Below the pieces are notes generated by a model. It made no database searches, was not told the DNA's origin, and worked only from the letters and a program-made list of their open reading frames with translations. From NCBI GenBank assembly GCA_963753395.1, contig CAVWBW010000009.1, positions 2,633 to 66,632 of the forward strand: a stretch of DNA of 64,000 nucleotides, written 5' to 3'. Positions within the stretch are counted from its first letter, which is position 1. Every line of letters starts with the position of its first letter. This document shows, one piece after another, positions 16,333-25,969 of this stretch. The position numbers and the translations under genes are program-made. This DNA comes from an uncultured delta proteobacterium (lineage in GTDB: Bacteria > Myxococcota_A > Polyangia > Polyangiales > Houyiibacteriaceae).

Positions 16333-17469
16333 GTGGAACGTTCCTCCGTGCACGACGTTGTCGTCGTTGGAGCGAGTGCGGCCGGACTCGCTGTCGCCGC
16401 GTCGCTCAAGACCCGAGGCATCGACGCTGTCCTGCTCGAGCAGCGCGAGCACGTTGGCCACGCGTGGCGCAACCACTACGAGCGACTGCACCTTCATACC
16501 TCGCGCGGTCTGTCGGGGCTTCCCGGGTTTCCGATGCCCAAGAGCTATCCGCGCTACCCCAGCCGCCAACAGGTCATCGACTACCTCGAGGCGTACCGCG
16601 AGCACTTCGATCTGCACCCGCGCTACGGCCAGACGGTGAAGTCGGTGCGGCGCGAAGGCGACTTGTGGCTCGTCGAAACGACGATGGATCAGTTCCGCGC
16701 CCGTCGCGTCGTGGTCGCAACCGGATACACACGTCAGCCCGTGCGTCCGCGGTGGCCGGGCATCGACGACTACGTAGGCGAGCTGCTGCACAGCTCCGAA
16801 TACTCGAGCGGTGCCAGGTTCTCGGGCTCCCGTGTGCTGGTGGTGGGCTTCGGCAACTCCGCATGCGAGATCGCGATCGATCTCGTCGAGCAGGGCGCGG
16901 AGCCAAGCCTCGCAGTCCGCGGACCCGTCAACGTGGTCCCACGTGATGTCTTCGGCATCCCGATCCTGGGTGTAGGAATCGCGATGAGCTTCCTTCCGGC
17001 CAAGGTGGCAGACGTTCTCGGGAAACCGATCGTCGCCGCCTCGGTTGGGAACATCGAGGACGTCGGCCTGCGGCGGCTGCCGTACGGTCCGAACGTCCAG
17101 ATCCGCGAGCACGGGAGAATTCCCTTGCTCGACATCGGCACGATCGATCTCATCCGTAAGGAGAAGATCTCAGTGCGGCCCGGCATCGAGTCGTTTCATG
17201 AGGAGGGCGTCGTGTTCGTGGACGGTAGGCGGGAGGACTTCGCGGCGATCGTCCTGGGGACAGGGTATCGGCCCGCCCTCGCCGAGTTCGTCTCTGTGGA
17301 AGACATCGACGCGAAGACCGGCAGCCATGAGGGCAGCGGCTACCGGCTCGATGACGACTTGTACCTGTGCGGGCTTTACGTGTCGCCGACCGGAATGCTC
17401 CGAGAGATTGGGATCGAGGCTACTCGGATCGCCGAGGACGTTTCGAGGCGATCAGCGGCGAACTACTGA
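16333..17469 (+). CDS. flavin-containing monooxygenase-like NAD(P)/FAD oxidoreductase
   Basis: It has two dinucleotide-binding motifs (VVVVGASAAGLA and VLVVGFGNSACEIA) and an FMO-like segment (GHAWRNHYERLHLH). Confidence 0.9.
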   Translation: MERSSVHDVVVVGASAAGLAVAASLKTRGIDAVLLEQREHVGHAWRNHYERLHLHTSRGLSGLPGFPMPKSYPRYPSRQQVIDYLEAYREHFDLHPRYGQTVKSVRREGDLWLVETTMDQFRARRVVVATGYTRQPVRPRWPGIDDYVGELLHSSEYSSGARFSGSRVLVVGFGNSACEIAIDLVEQGAEPSLAVRGPVNVVPRDVFGIPILGVGIAMSFLPAKVADVLGKPIVAASVGNIEDVGLRRLPYGPNVQIREHGRIPLLDIGTIDLIRKEKISVRPGIESFHEEGVVFVDGRREDFAAIVLGTGYRPALAEFVSVEDIDAKTGSHEGSGYRLDDDLYLCGLYVSPTGMLREIGIEATRIAEDVSRRSAANY

Positions 17470-17570
17470 CTCCCGATGACCTGCCGGAGACGGGGGCCAG
17501 GTGATGTCGGCGCGGGGTCTTGAGGAGGAGGACGGAGTCAGCGCAAGATCTGCGCCGTCTCCCGGCAAAC

Positions 17571-17580
17571 AATTACGTAT
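17571..17580 (+). promoter_or_regulatory. AATTACGTAT core motif, site c
   Basis: It lies 50 nt upstream of the ATG at 17631, in the same orientation relative to its gene as sites a and b. Confidence 0.35.
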
Positions 17581-17630
17581 GTCCCAAACCCCTGGGCGGA
17601 CCCATATTCTCTCCGTAACAGGAGGTTCCT

Positions 17631-18917
17631 ATGCATCTTACGATTGGCTTGGCGGGTGCATTGGTGGTGCTGCTCGGAGCTCTGGCTGGATGTGATGGCA
17701 ATGATGGGAGCGAGGAGGCGACATACGCGTGGTGCGAGGTCTATCCACCCGCGTTTTTTGGTGAGTTCACAGCGGCGTCTTTTCCCGATCCGCTCGTTGG
17801 AACGGTCGTCGGGGGCATTTATCGAACGACGAACGGCGGTGTCTCGTGGACTACGCAGGAGGGTCCAGACGGGAACCGTTCCTACACGGATGTAGCGTTC
17901 ACCGACCTGAGTACGGGGACCATCGTTGGAAGTGACGGCACGATTCTCCGGACCACCGACGGCGGGGAAACCTGGGTTGCGCAGCAGAGCGGCACAGGGT
18001 CGATGCTCGCCGGGGTGTCCTTCATCGATGCGGACAACGGAATGGTTGTGGGCGGCGATGGCGTGATTCTCGGCACGAGCAACGGCGGGGAAACCTGGGT
18101 CGCCCAGGAGAGCGGGACTGACGCTCCGCTCTATGGCGTGTGGCTCAGCGACGCGACGATGGCGACTGTGGTCGGCGGGTTCGGGACGATTCTGCGAACC
18201 ACGGACGGCGGTGCGACCTGGGTTGCTGAGGACGGTGGTGGCGAGCTTCGGCTCACCGCGGTGTCGTTCGGAAGCGCGACGACGGGTGTCGCCCTGAGCC
18301 AGGACGGCGTGTACCTGCGAACGACCGACGGCGGCGCCTCGTGGACGCAATATGACGACTACAGCCCGGTGGCTCTCAACGATGTCTTCTTCGCCGACGC
18401 GAACGTCGGAACAATCGTCGGGGCATCGGGAACGATTCTTCGAACGACCGATGGAGGCGCCTCCTGGGCCTACGAGCTCTCCGACGCTGCGTACTGGTAT
18501 TCGGAGACGCCCGATAGCGATCCGATCCGCGTTGGCGGGACCTTCAACGGTGTGTCGATGGCCGACGCCATGAACGGCGTCGCGGCAGGAGGCGGGTTCA
18601 GTGTGATTCGGCGGATGCCAGTGCCGGACACGTACAGTGTATGCGACCCGTGGTGCGCGAAACTCGAGGAGTGCTACCCGGAAGACGGCGCCGGCTGCGA
18701 CATCGAGTGTCTCTGCAACCTTCGCTACCACTACAACATCAGGCCGGAGTGCGAGCGGGCTGTCGTCGAATCGCAGAGGTGCTTCACGGCGCTGACTTGT
18801 GAGCAAATCGACGCATGGTGGGACGACCCTGACAACCACCCGTGCACGGCGGCCGAGCGACAGATTGACATCGCCTGTGCCGATGAGCCGATGGACGGGG
18901 AGAGTGCGGGGCGGTAG
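17631..18917 (+). CDS. lipoprotein with a BNR/Ycf48-like beta-propeller and a Cys-rich C-terminal domain
   Basis: The lipobox is LGALAGC. Six S/T-x-D/N-G-G-x-T/S-W repeats are present (TTNGGVSW, TTDGGETW, TSNGGETW, TTDGGATW, TTDGGASW x2). Confidence 0.85.
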   Translation: MHLTIGLAGALVVLLGALAGCDGNDGSEEATYAWCEVYPPAFFGEFTAASFPDPLVGTVVGGIYRTTNGGVSWTTQEGPDGNRSYTDVAFTDLSTGTIVGSDGTILRTTDGGETWVAQQSGTGSMLAGVSFIDADNGMVVGGDGVILGTSNGGETWVAQESGTDAPLYGVWLSDATMATVVGGFGTILRTTDGGATWVAEDGGGELRLTAVSFGSATTGVALSQDGVYLRTTDGGASWTQYDDYSPVALNDVFFADANVGTIVGASGTILRTTDGGASWAYELSDAAYWYSETPDSDPIRVGGTFNGVSMADAMNGVAAGGGFSVIRRMPVPDTYSVCDPWCAKLEECYPEDGAGCDIECLCNLRYHYNIRPECERAVVESQRCFTALTCEQIDAWWDDPDNHPCTAAERQIDIACADEPMDGESAGR

Positions 18918-18942
18918 TACGAAATCGACGTCGAACCGGACC

Positions 18943-19100
18943 CTACAGCACCATCTCCACATCCCCCTCCCCCCCCCGCACTCCACCTGGCGCTCGCGTC
19001 GCTTGCCGTCGCAGTGCTCGTGGATGATGACCTGCAGCCGCGCGCGCGCGACGTGCCTCCGTAGGTCACGCCGCGGCGCGGGTGGGTTTCGATCTTGGTG
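18943..19100 (-). repeat. R7: helicase-relic copy through the stop codon (…IETHPRRGVTYGGTSRAR..LQVIIHEHCDGKRRERQVE..DVEMVL*)
   Basis: It shares the caccatctccacatccc 3' end with R1 and carries internal indels, including a poly-G/C run. Confidence 0.8.
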
Positions 19101-19121
19101 CCGAGGCGAAAGGGCGCCGGG

Positions 19122-19331
19122 CTAGCGACTCGCGGTCGGGACCTGGGCCACCTGAGCCACTGCGGCGCTGCGCTCGGCCGGGGGGTTGCCGCTGAACTGC
19201 AGGAGCATGAGCGAAAGGCCAGCGACAAGGACCGCAGGAAGGGCGTAGGCCTGCAAGGCGCCTCCGATGTACTGGGCCCGCTGGTTCTTGGCACGTGTGA
19301 TGACCTGGTTGATGTGCTCGGCATTGCTCAT
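19122..19331 (-). CDS. small membrane protein
   Basis: A 69-aa ORF with GGAAGGAGAG upstream of the ATG and a central hydrophobic helix (ALPAVLVAGLSLMLLQF). Confidence 0.5.
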   Translation of the reverse strand: MSNAEHINQVITRAKNQRAQYIGGALQAYALPAVLVAGLSLMLLQFSGNPPAERSAAVAQVAQVPTASR

Positions 19332-19464
19332 GACTCTCTCTCCTTCCGCCCCATCCCCGGGGCTTTGGTTGGGTTACGCCGCGAGAGGAGATTTGGATTA
19401 ATCGAATTGTGCATTTTCTTGGCGGGGTCGATGAAGAGAGGCGGCCGCACTCTACCTCTTTGGC

Positions 19465-19668
19465 GTGCAGCTTCCGACGGCGCGAGTCCACCTACCGCTC
19501 AACAACGAGATCCAAAGAGTGGAGGTCGAGAGCAGTGGGGAAGCCGAGCAAAGGCAGGCTCGGGAGCGCTTTGAGGCGCGCTGGAATCGCTCGAACCAAA
19601 TCCGAACGGCGATTGCGATTGTGACGATGCTGCTGCTGGTCGTACTGTTGAGGCTCCGGGCCACTTGA
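19465..19668 (+). CDS. possible tail-anchored small protein
   Basis: The C-terminal helix is IRTAIAIVTMLLLVVLL. The start codon is uncertain and no strong RBS was seen. Confidence 0.3.
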   Translation: MQLPTARVHLPLNNEIQRVEVESSGEAEQRQARERFEARWNRSNQIRTAIAIVTMLLLVVLLRLRAT

Positions 19669-19758
19669 GACGCAGTGCCGACCCCACCTTTACCCATGAC
19701 CGTGGCCGCCCCGGCGGCCTCTGTTGCCAGCATGCTGAGTTGCAGATAAGGAGGACAG

Positions 19759-20211
19759 ATGGTGTACAACACATGGATCCTAGTGGCTCACGACGCGGGG
19801 GCGCGGGTCTTCGAAACCCACGGGCGCGGGACGGGGCTAGAGCTCGTGGAAGAGATTGAGCACCCGGAGGGGCGCGCACGGGATCGGGACATGGCTTCCG
19901 ACCGCCCTGGCCGTTCGTTTCGTAAGAACAGCGGTGACCCGAGTCGCGCGTCGATGAGCCAGAGCGAAGGGCCGCACGAGCGGGCGGTGTCCGACTTTGC
20001 GCGAGCCTTGGCCGAGAAGCTCAAAGACGCGCGCATGCAGAATCGATACTGGCGCCTGGTGCTCGTTGCGCCGCCCCGGTTCTTGGGTTTGCTGCGGTCT
20101 TCGCTGGACGGTCCGACGGCGAAGCTCGTGACGGCCTCGCTCGACAAAGACCTCGCAGCCGAGACGACGAGCGAGCTCGCGAAGCGCCTCGGCGAATTGA
20201 TTGCACTCTGA
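19759..20211 (+). CDS. host-attachment-protein family protein
   Basis: TAAGGAGG precedes the ATG. The sequence pattern is ILVAHDAGARVFE...DRPGRSF...ERAVSDFARALAEKL...RLVLVAPPRFLGLLR. Confidence 0.8.
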   Translation: MVYNTWILVAHDAGARVFETHGRGTGLELVEEIEHPEGRARDRDMASDRPGRSFRKNSGDPSRASMSQSEGPHERAVSDFARALAEKLKDARMQNRYWRLVLVAPPRFLGLLRSSLDGPTAKLVTASLDKDLAAETTSELAKRLGELIAL

Positions 20212-20256
20212 CGGCCACCGCCGAAGCGGCGGATAGCGAGGTCGAGCGGGTCGCTG

Positions 20257-21732
20257 CTAGCCGGCGCGGGAAGCCAGGGTTTGGAGAAAACGTAGCAACT
20301 CGACCATCACGGCTGTGTCGTGCTCGCAATAGGTGCGGAGCTGGGTTCTGAGATCCTCGCACTGGTCGTCGCTCAGCTCATCGGGGTGGCACAAGACGCT
20401 CTCCAAGAGATTCGAGGCGGCCATGCCGTCGGCGACGTCGAGCTCGTCGTAGCTCATCTCCGGGAGGAGCGCCGGGACGACGTTCTTGATGCTGAAGCTT
20501 CCGCGGAAGTCCGGGTGGTAGAAGTGGTTCTTGACTGCGACGAGTAGGTCTTGCGTTTTGTCGCGCGCTTCGAGCAGGGCGGCCGCGTGCTCGGGGGCGG
20601 CTTCAGCGAGCTCGGTGAGGCAGCGCTTTTCGACGCTGGCGTGCCAGGCGAGGATGGTGGCGGCGCCGTGCAAGGCCTCGACGACCGCTTGTGCGACGGC
20701 GGGTTGGGGGTCGCCCTGCCCTTCTGCGAGGTATGCGCTGTGGGTGAGCTCGCCGTTTTCGTGGAGGGTGTGGACGCTGAACTGCACGGGGACTGCGGTG
20801 AGCGGGCTGCAGCCGTTCCAGACGGGCAAGGCTGGGCCGACGGTTTCGAAGTCGAGCATGGCGATGGGGTAGCGGTAGGCGGCGAGGACTCCCTGCAGGC
20901 CTGGTTCGATGACGACCTTGTTCGCGACGACGGCGGCGCGGTGGCGCGCTTGTAAGGGCTTGAGCGGGAAGTCGCTTGGGATTTCCGGGATGGTTTCGAT
21001 GCCTCGTTCGCGGAGCTCCGCGAGGGCGCGGGCGCGGATGCCGTTGAGCTCTTCGATGGCGTGGTCGGGTGCGGGCGCGTGGCAGCGGGCGAGGAAGGGG
21101 CACTCGTAGGGGGATGTGCAGTGGGGGCCGGGGGCGACGTCGGGGAGCTCGCCGCTGAGCATGCGGATTTGGGCGGCGGCGTTTTCGGCAATGTCGTCGC
21201 GGAGCTCGGCGACCTCGGCGCTGATGTCGGCTCGGGTGAAGAGCGGGCCTTGGTCGGGGTGGCGGTGCTCGCCGTTGAGGTGCATGAGCTCGACGCGGGT
21301 GACCGGGAGGCCTGCGCGCTCGACGACGTGGGTTTGGACGGCGGCGTCGGCGAAGTGCTGCGGCTTGACGGACTTGGTGGCTTTGACTTCGGTGAGAACC
21401 CAGCCGTCGGGCTCTTTGCTGAGGGCGTCGACGGCGACGAAGATGTTGTCTTCGAAGAAGGAGGCTTCGAGGATGGCGGTGGCGCCTTCTTCGATTGCAA
21501 GGCGGGTGGCTTCGACGGCGTGGTGGGGGCGCCGATAGTCGAGCTCGATGAGTGTGGCGCCGGGGAACTCGTGGCGGGCGCGCTCGCCTACGCGGTTGCC
21601 CATGTCGAAGAGGGCTTGGAGGGAGGCGTCGGGCGTGAGCTCGGGGGCGCGGGGCTCGTGCGTTTTCCACCAGAGGAGGCGGTGGCATTGGAGGCCGGCG
21701 GTGTACTTCGATTTGGAGAGGCGTGGGGGCAC
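20257..21732 (-). CDS. DUF2779-like protein: Cas4/RecB-like PD-(D/E)xK plus a DnaQ-like exonuclease half
   Basis: The N-terminus is LSKSKYTAGLQCHRLLWW. A Cys trio (HCTSPYECPFLARC) gives a 4-Cys cluster pattern. EVK and MLDFET (DxE) motifs are present. It starts 10 nt after the sbcC stop. Confidence 0.75.
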   Translation of the reverse strand: MPPRLSKSKYTAGLQCHRLLWWKTHEPRAPELTPDASLQALFDMGNRVGERARHEFPGATLIELDYRRPHHAVEATRLAIEEGATAILEASFFEDNIFVAVDALSKEPDGWVLTEVKATKSVKPQHFADAAVQTHVVERAGLPVTRVELMHLNGEHRHPDQGPLFTRADISAEVAELRDDIAENAAAQIRMLSGELPDVAPGPHCTSPYECPFLARCHAPAPDHAIEELNGIRARALAELRERGIETIPEIPSDFPLKPLQARHRAAVVANKVVIEPGLQGVLAAYRYPIAMLDFETVGPALPVWNGCSPLTAVPVQFSVHTLHENGELTHSAYLAEGQGDPQPAVAQAVVEALHGAATILAWHASVEKRCLTELAEAAPEHAAALLEARDKTQDLLVAVKNHFYHPDFRGSFSIKNVVPALLPEMSYDELDVADGMAASNLLESVLCHPDELSDDQCEDLRTQLRTYCEHDTAVMVELLRFLQTLASRAG

Positions 21733-21742
21733 AATGGGAAGC

Positions 21743-24700
21743 CTACGGCAAAACGAACTTGGCGCTGCTGCCGGCTTTGCCTGCGGTGACTTGGAGGCGG
21801 ACGTCGATTCTCTCTTTCAAGTCGGCGACGTGAGAGATGACGCCTACGAGGCGGCCGCTTTGTTGGAGGTCGATGAGGGTGTTGATGGCGAGGTCGAGGG
21901 CTTCTGGGTCAAGGCTGCCGAAGCCTTCGTCGACGAAGACGGTGTCGAGGCGCACGCCGCCGGTGTGGGATTGGACGGTGTCGGCGAGGCCGAGTGCCAG
22001 AGCGAGGGCGGCTTGGAAGCTTTCGCCGCCCGAGAGTGAGGAGACGTGGCGGGTCTTGCCGGTGTAGGCGTCTTCGACTTCGAGGTCGAGGCCGCCGGCG
22101 TGACGGGCGTCCTTCTGGTCGCTCGCGCGGAGCAAGCGGTAGCGGCCTTTGCTCATTCGGTGGAGCCGCTCGCTCGCGGAGATGAGAACGTCGTCGAGGA
22201 GCGCGGCCAGGACGAAGCGTTGGAAGCTCATCTTCTTGGCGTTCCTGCCCTGGGCCACGTTGGCGAGGTCGCCCACGACGCCGTAGCTGGCCTCGGCGGC
22301 GTCGAGACCCTCGTCGCGTTCGGCGAGCTTCTTCTTCAAGGCGTCGATGGACTTGAGCTCCTGCTTGGCGCTGAGCAGGGCGGCCTCCGACTCTTCGCGC
22401 GCCGCCTTCGCGTGCTGGTGTGCCTCCCTGAGCGAAGTGAGCTCCGGGCGCTGGAGCTCCTTGGTGTGTTCCTGCGCCTGACGAAGGAGTGTGGCGGCCT
22501 CGCTGCGCGCGGTGTCGAACTGGGTGACCTCGACTTTGAGAGCCTTGCGGGCGGGCTCCTGCAGGCGGGCCTCGAGGAAGGACTCCTCCGATTCGAAGGC
22601 GGCGTCGGCGAGGCGGCGCTTCCACTCCGCCGCTTGCTGCTCGTGTTTGCGGAGCGCTCCGGCGAGGGTGGTCTTCCTGCTCGTGTCTTCCGAGCTGGCT
22701 GCTGCGTGAGCGGCCACGGCCTTTTCGTAGGCGCTTCCGGCCTCGTCGAGCTCGGTTTGGAGCGCGGTGATTTGGGTGTTGAGAGCGCCGATTGCGGCGT
22801 CTAGCGCGCCTGCTTCGCGGTACGCCTCCGGAACGGCGTTCTCTGCTTGCTCTAGGCGGCCGTTGGCTGCGTTGAGCTCCGCCTCGGCGGTTCGCAACTC
22901 GGTGGAGGCGGCGTTGAGCTTCTGTTCGGCTTCTTTGAGCTTGGCGACGAGCGCATTGAGCGACGCTTTGAGCTTCGTCGCCTGCTCGGCGCGCTGCTCT
23001 TCGTTCGTCTTTTCCTGCTTCACTTCGGACAAGGCCGATTCGAGCTCGCTTAGCGGCCGGTCGGCTGCGTCTTCGAGGGTTCGACGGAGGTTGGTCTCGG
23101 CCTCCGTTTGGACGGCCAGCTCGGTTTGCGCGTCTGAGTAGTGCTTCTGCGCCTCGTCGCGGGCCGTTTCCGACGCCTTGGTGGCCGCTGCGGCATCGTC
23201 GACGTGCTGGTCCGTGGGAATTTCGTGCGCGGATGCTGCGGGCGCGGGGTGTTCGAGAGAGCCGCACACCGGGCAGGGCTCGCCGTCTTCGAGCTTGGTC
23301 GCCAAGACCGACGCTTGGCCGGCGAGGCGCGTGCGCTCCAACTCGCCCAAGGTGACGCGCGCGGTGGACAGCGCTTGCTCGGCTGCCTCTAGCTTCGCCT
23401 TCCAAGCAGCCAGCAACGACTCTCCGGCCTGCTTTTTCTTGCCGACCGAATCGAGCTCCGTACGGGCGTCGAGCCGTGTCTCCAGGGCTTGGATGCGCGT
23501 GCCAATGCCTTCGAGGTCTTTGGCGAGCGCGATGTTCGCGTCGTACTGATGTTTCGTCTCGGTCTCGCCTCTTCGGAGCTTGTCGAGCTGGGCCTCGGAC
23601 TTGTCGACGGCCCCGCGCTTCTCTTCCTCGCGCTCTTTGGCCGTTGCCACCCCCTGACGGGCATTGCCTAATGCGTCGAGTTTTTCGCGATGGCTTTCGA
23701 GCTTGGTGCGCTCCGACTCGAGACGCTTTCGCTCGGGCTCCGCGGCCTTCGCGGCGTCGTGGCGCGCCTTGGCGGTTTGTAGCGCAGTCGTTGCCTTTGT
23801 TAGGGCCTCTGCGGCTTCGTGGTGTCGTGTCTGTGCATCGGCGGCCTCTTTTGCGAGCGTCGACGAGTGCTTGTGGAGGTCTTCGAGGCCGGCGGCTCGC
23901 GTCGCGGCTTCGAGCTCCGTTCGCTTCTCCTCGATGGACGGAGCCTTTGCGTCGAGGCCTTCGAGTGCGCCCTTGTGCGTTTCGAGGGCATTGAACTTCG
24001 CCTCGACCTCCTCGGCCTTCGCCAAGATCGCGTGAGCTGCGGTTTCGTCGGCCTTGAGCTTTTTGAGCTTGGGTTCGAGCTCGGTCATCGCCTTCTGCTG
24101 ATTGGCGTGCAGGGAGTCGAGCTCCTCGCGTGTCTCGCAGTCTTTTGTGCCGAGCAAGGTTTGCTCGTCGCGCTGAAGCGCTTGGATCTGCTTTTTGAGC
24201 TCGGCCGCCCGACTCTTCAGCGCGTCCTCGATGCGGCGGAACATGCGGGTGTCGAAGAGTGCGGACAGGATTTCCTCTCGCTCTTGGGACTTCGCGAGGA
24301 GGAGCTGACGGAACTTCCCTTGGGGGAGCATGATGACCTGGCGGAACTGGTCGCCTCGGAAACCGAGGATCTTGGCGACCTCGGTGGCGACGTCTTTGTT
24401 CTTGGCCGCGAGCAAGTCGCGCTCGGCGCCGTCTTCGTCGATGGTCCAGAGCGTTGCGGAGGGCTGGGTGACGGTGGTGCCCTCCCCGCGTTGCTTGGGT
24501 CGCTCTTGCCTCGGTGTGCGGGAGACGCGGTAGCGCTTCTCGCCGACGCGGAAGTCCAAGGTGACGCGGGTTTCGAGCGTGGGCTCGGCCAAGTCGGAGC
24601 GGAAGCCTTCGCCGTCGCGGTCGTCGCCCGAGGACTCGCCGTAAAGTGCGAAGCTGATGGCGTCGAGCAGGGTGGTCTTGCCGCCGCCGGTCGGACCGTG

Positions 24701-24799
24701 AATCAAGAACAAGTGATTGTCGCCGAGCTCATCGAAGTTGAGCGTCTGGCAGCCGGCGTAGGGGCCGAAGGCTTCCAAGGTGAGCGTGATGGGCCTCAT
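21743..24799 (-). CDS. sbcC: exonuclease SbcC (Rad50-like ATPase)
   Basis: It starts MRPITLTLEAFGPY. Walker A is GPTGGGKTT, the hook is PCPVCGSLEHP, the signature is LSGGESF and Walker B is VFVDEGFGSLD. Its start overlaps the sbcD stop (ATGA). The upstream part of the track ORF is an R/P-rich artefact. Confidence 0.95.
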   Translation of the reverse strand: MRPITLTLEAFGPYAGCQTLNFDELGDNHLFLIHGPTGGGKTTLLDAISFALYGESSGDDRDGEGFRSDLAEPTLETRVTLDFRVGEKRYRVSRTPRQERPKQRGEGTTVTQPSATLWTIDEDGAERDLLAAKNKDVATEVAKILGFRGDQFRQVIMLPQGKFRQLLLAKSQEREEILSALFDTRMFRRIEDALKSRAAELKKQIQALQRDEQTLLGTKDCETREELDSLHANQQKAMTELEPKLKKLKADETAAHAILAKAEEVEAKFNALETHKGALEGLDAKAPSIEEKRTELEAATRAAGLEDLHKHSSTLAKEAADAQTRHHEAAEALTKATTALQTAKARHDAAKAAEPERKRLESERTKLESHREKLDALGNARQGVATAKEREEEKRGAVDKSEAQLDKLRRGETETKHQYDANIALAKDLEGIGTRIQALETRLDARTELDSVGKKKQAGESLLAAWKAKLEAAEQALSTARVTLGELERTRLAGQASVLATKLEDGEPCPVCGSLEHPAPAASAHEIPTDQHVDDAAAATKASETARDEAQKHYSDAQTELAVQTEAETNLRRTLEDAADRPLSELESALSEVKQEKTNEEQRAEQATKLKASLNALVAKLKEAEQKLNAASTELRTAEAELNAANGRLEQAENAVPEAYREAGALDAAIGALNTQITALQTELDEAGSAYEKAVAAHAAASSEDTSRKTTLAGALRKHEQQAAEWKRRLADAAFESEESFLEARLQEPARKALKVEVTQFDTARSEAATLLRQAQEHTKELQRPELTSLREAHQHAKAAREESEAALLSAKQELKSIDALKKKLAERDEGLDAAEASYGVVGDLANVAQGRNAKKMSFQRFVLAALLDDVLISASERLHRMSKGRYRLLRASDQKDARHAGGLDLEVEDAYTGKTRHVSSLSGGESFQAALALALGLADTVQSHTGGVRLDTVFVDEGFGSLDPEALDLAINTLIDLQQSGRLVGVISHVADLKERIDVRLQVTAGKAGSSAKFVLP

Positions 24800-25947
24800 G
24801 CGCCGCCCTCGCCCTTGGCTTGGAGAAGCGCGGCGACGACTTCGTTGAACAGCTCTTCGCCGCCGTCGATGAGCTCGTTGCCGGTGACCTCTTGGTAGAA
24901 GTCCTTGTAGAGGTCGACCTCGGAGCGCTTGAGGTGGTCGCCGCCTTTGAGCTCGGCGGACTGGCCGGATTGAAGGCCGGGGCGTTCGAGGTGCAGGACG
25001 TTGGGATACACCTGGCGGAGCTTGCCGATGGCGTCGAGGATGGCCTTCCGGTCGGTGAGGCGAAGCAGCAAGTAGTCGTCCCTGGGCGCGCCGTCGGTGG
25101 GGCCTTTCAGCAGCTCGTCGAGCTCGCCTTCGATGACGCGGACGTCGCGGCGCGGCGAGAGCTCGATGCGTTCGGTGTCGACGCTGCCGTCCGGGCCGAC
25201 CTCGACGAGGGTGACGGACTTGCGGTGGTCGACCTCGGAGAAGGAGTACTTGAGAAGCGAGCCCGAGTAGTGGATGCCGTCGCCGACTTGTTGGGGGCGG
25301 TGGAGGTGGCCGAGGGCTGTGTAGTGGAAGCCATCGAAGCAATGGGCGCCGACCTCGCCGGTGCCGCCGACGGTGAGCGGGCGCTCTGATTCGGACTCCT
25401 TGCCTCCGGTGACCCAGCAGTGGCCGATGGCGACGGAGCGCGACTTCGGGGGGAGCTTGGCTCGGAGCTCGGAGACGAGCGCGAGGACGGACGCCTCGTG
25501 GCCATGGAGCGAGTCGTCGGCCAAGTGGAGGCGCACCGCGGCGGGGTCGGCGTAGGGAACCGGGCAGAAATGCACAGCTCCGTGCGCGTCGGACAGGACT
25601 ACCGGGTCGACGGCGGAGCTCAGCGGCCCGTAGACGTGGAAGCCGCCGGCGGTGAGCAGGCGGTTGCCGAAGCCGAGACGCTCGGGGCTGTCGTGGTTGC
25701 CGGCAATCATGATGACCGGGATTTCAGCGCCGAGGACGAGACGCTCGAGGACCTCGTTCAGGAGGCTGACTGCGGGCGCGGGGGGCACGGCTCGGTCGTA
25801 AACGTCGCCGGCGATGACGACGGCGTCGACGGCTCGTTCTTTCGCGAGGGAGACGAACTGGTCGAGGACGTGGGCTTGGTCTTCGAGGAGTGAGACGTTG
25901 TGGAACTGGCGGCCGAGGTGCCAATCGGCGGTGTGGAGGAATCTCAT
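24796..25947 (-). CDS. sbcD: exonuclease SbcD (Mre11-like phosphoesterase)
   Basis: It has MRFLHTADWHLG, GDVYD and GNHD motifs. Confidence 0.95.
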   Translation of the reverse strand: MRFLHTADWHLGRQFHNVSLLEDQAHVLDQFVSLAKERAVDAVVIAGDVYDRAVPPAPAVSLLNEVLERLVLGAEIPVIMIAGNHDSPERLGFGNRLLTAGGFHVYGPLSSAVDPVVLSDAHGAVHFCPVPYADPAAVRLHLADDSLHGHEASVLALVSELRAKLPPKSRSVAIGHCWVTGGKESESERPLTVGGTGEVGAHCFDGFHYTALGHLHRPQQVGDGIHYSGSLLKYSFSEVDHRKSVTLVEVGPDGSVDTERIELSPRRDVRVIEGELDELLKGPTDGAPRDDYLLLRLTDRKAILDAIGKLRQVYPNVLHLERPGLQSGQSAELKGGDHLKRSEVDLYKDFYQEVTGNELIDGGEELFNEVVAALLQAKGEGGA

Positions 25948-25969
25948 CGGGGGTGTGCGGCTGCTGCGG

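Noticed and set aside
15970-18986. Antisense ORFs of 380 aa (15970..17112) and 482 aa (17538..18986). Other long ORFs of the same kind are 28942..30717, 36619..37917, 52900..54297, 54176..55408 and 55362..56612.
   Set aside because: Each lies opposite a gene with strong family motifs (FMO, BNR propeller, lipoprotein, ABC-2 permease, MBL, FrmA, sulfatase). Each is R/G/V/D-rich without motifs, which is expected for GC-rich DNA.
20454-23405. Long alternative-frame ORFs over the DUF2779-like gene and sbcC (20454..21500, 20603..21688, 21909..23405).
   Set aside because: They have extreme P/R/S/A low-complexity composition and overlap genes with clear catalytic motifs on the same strand.
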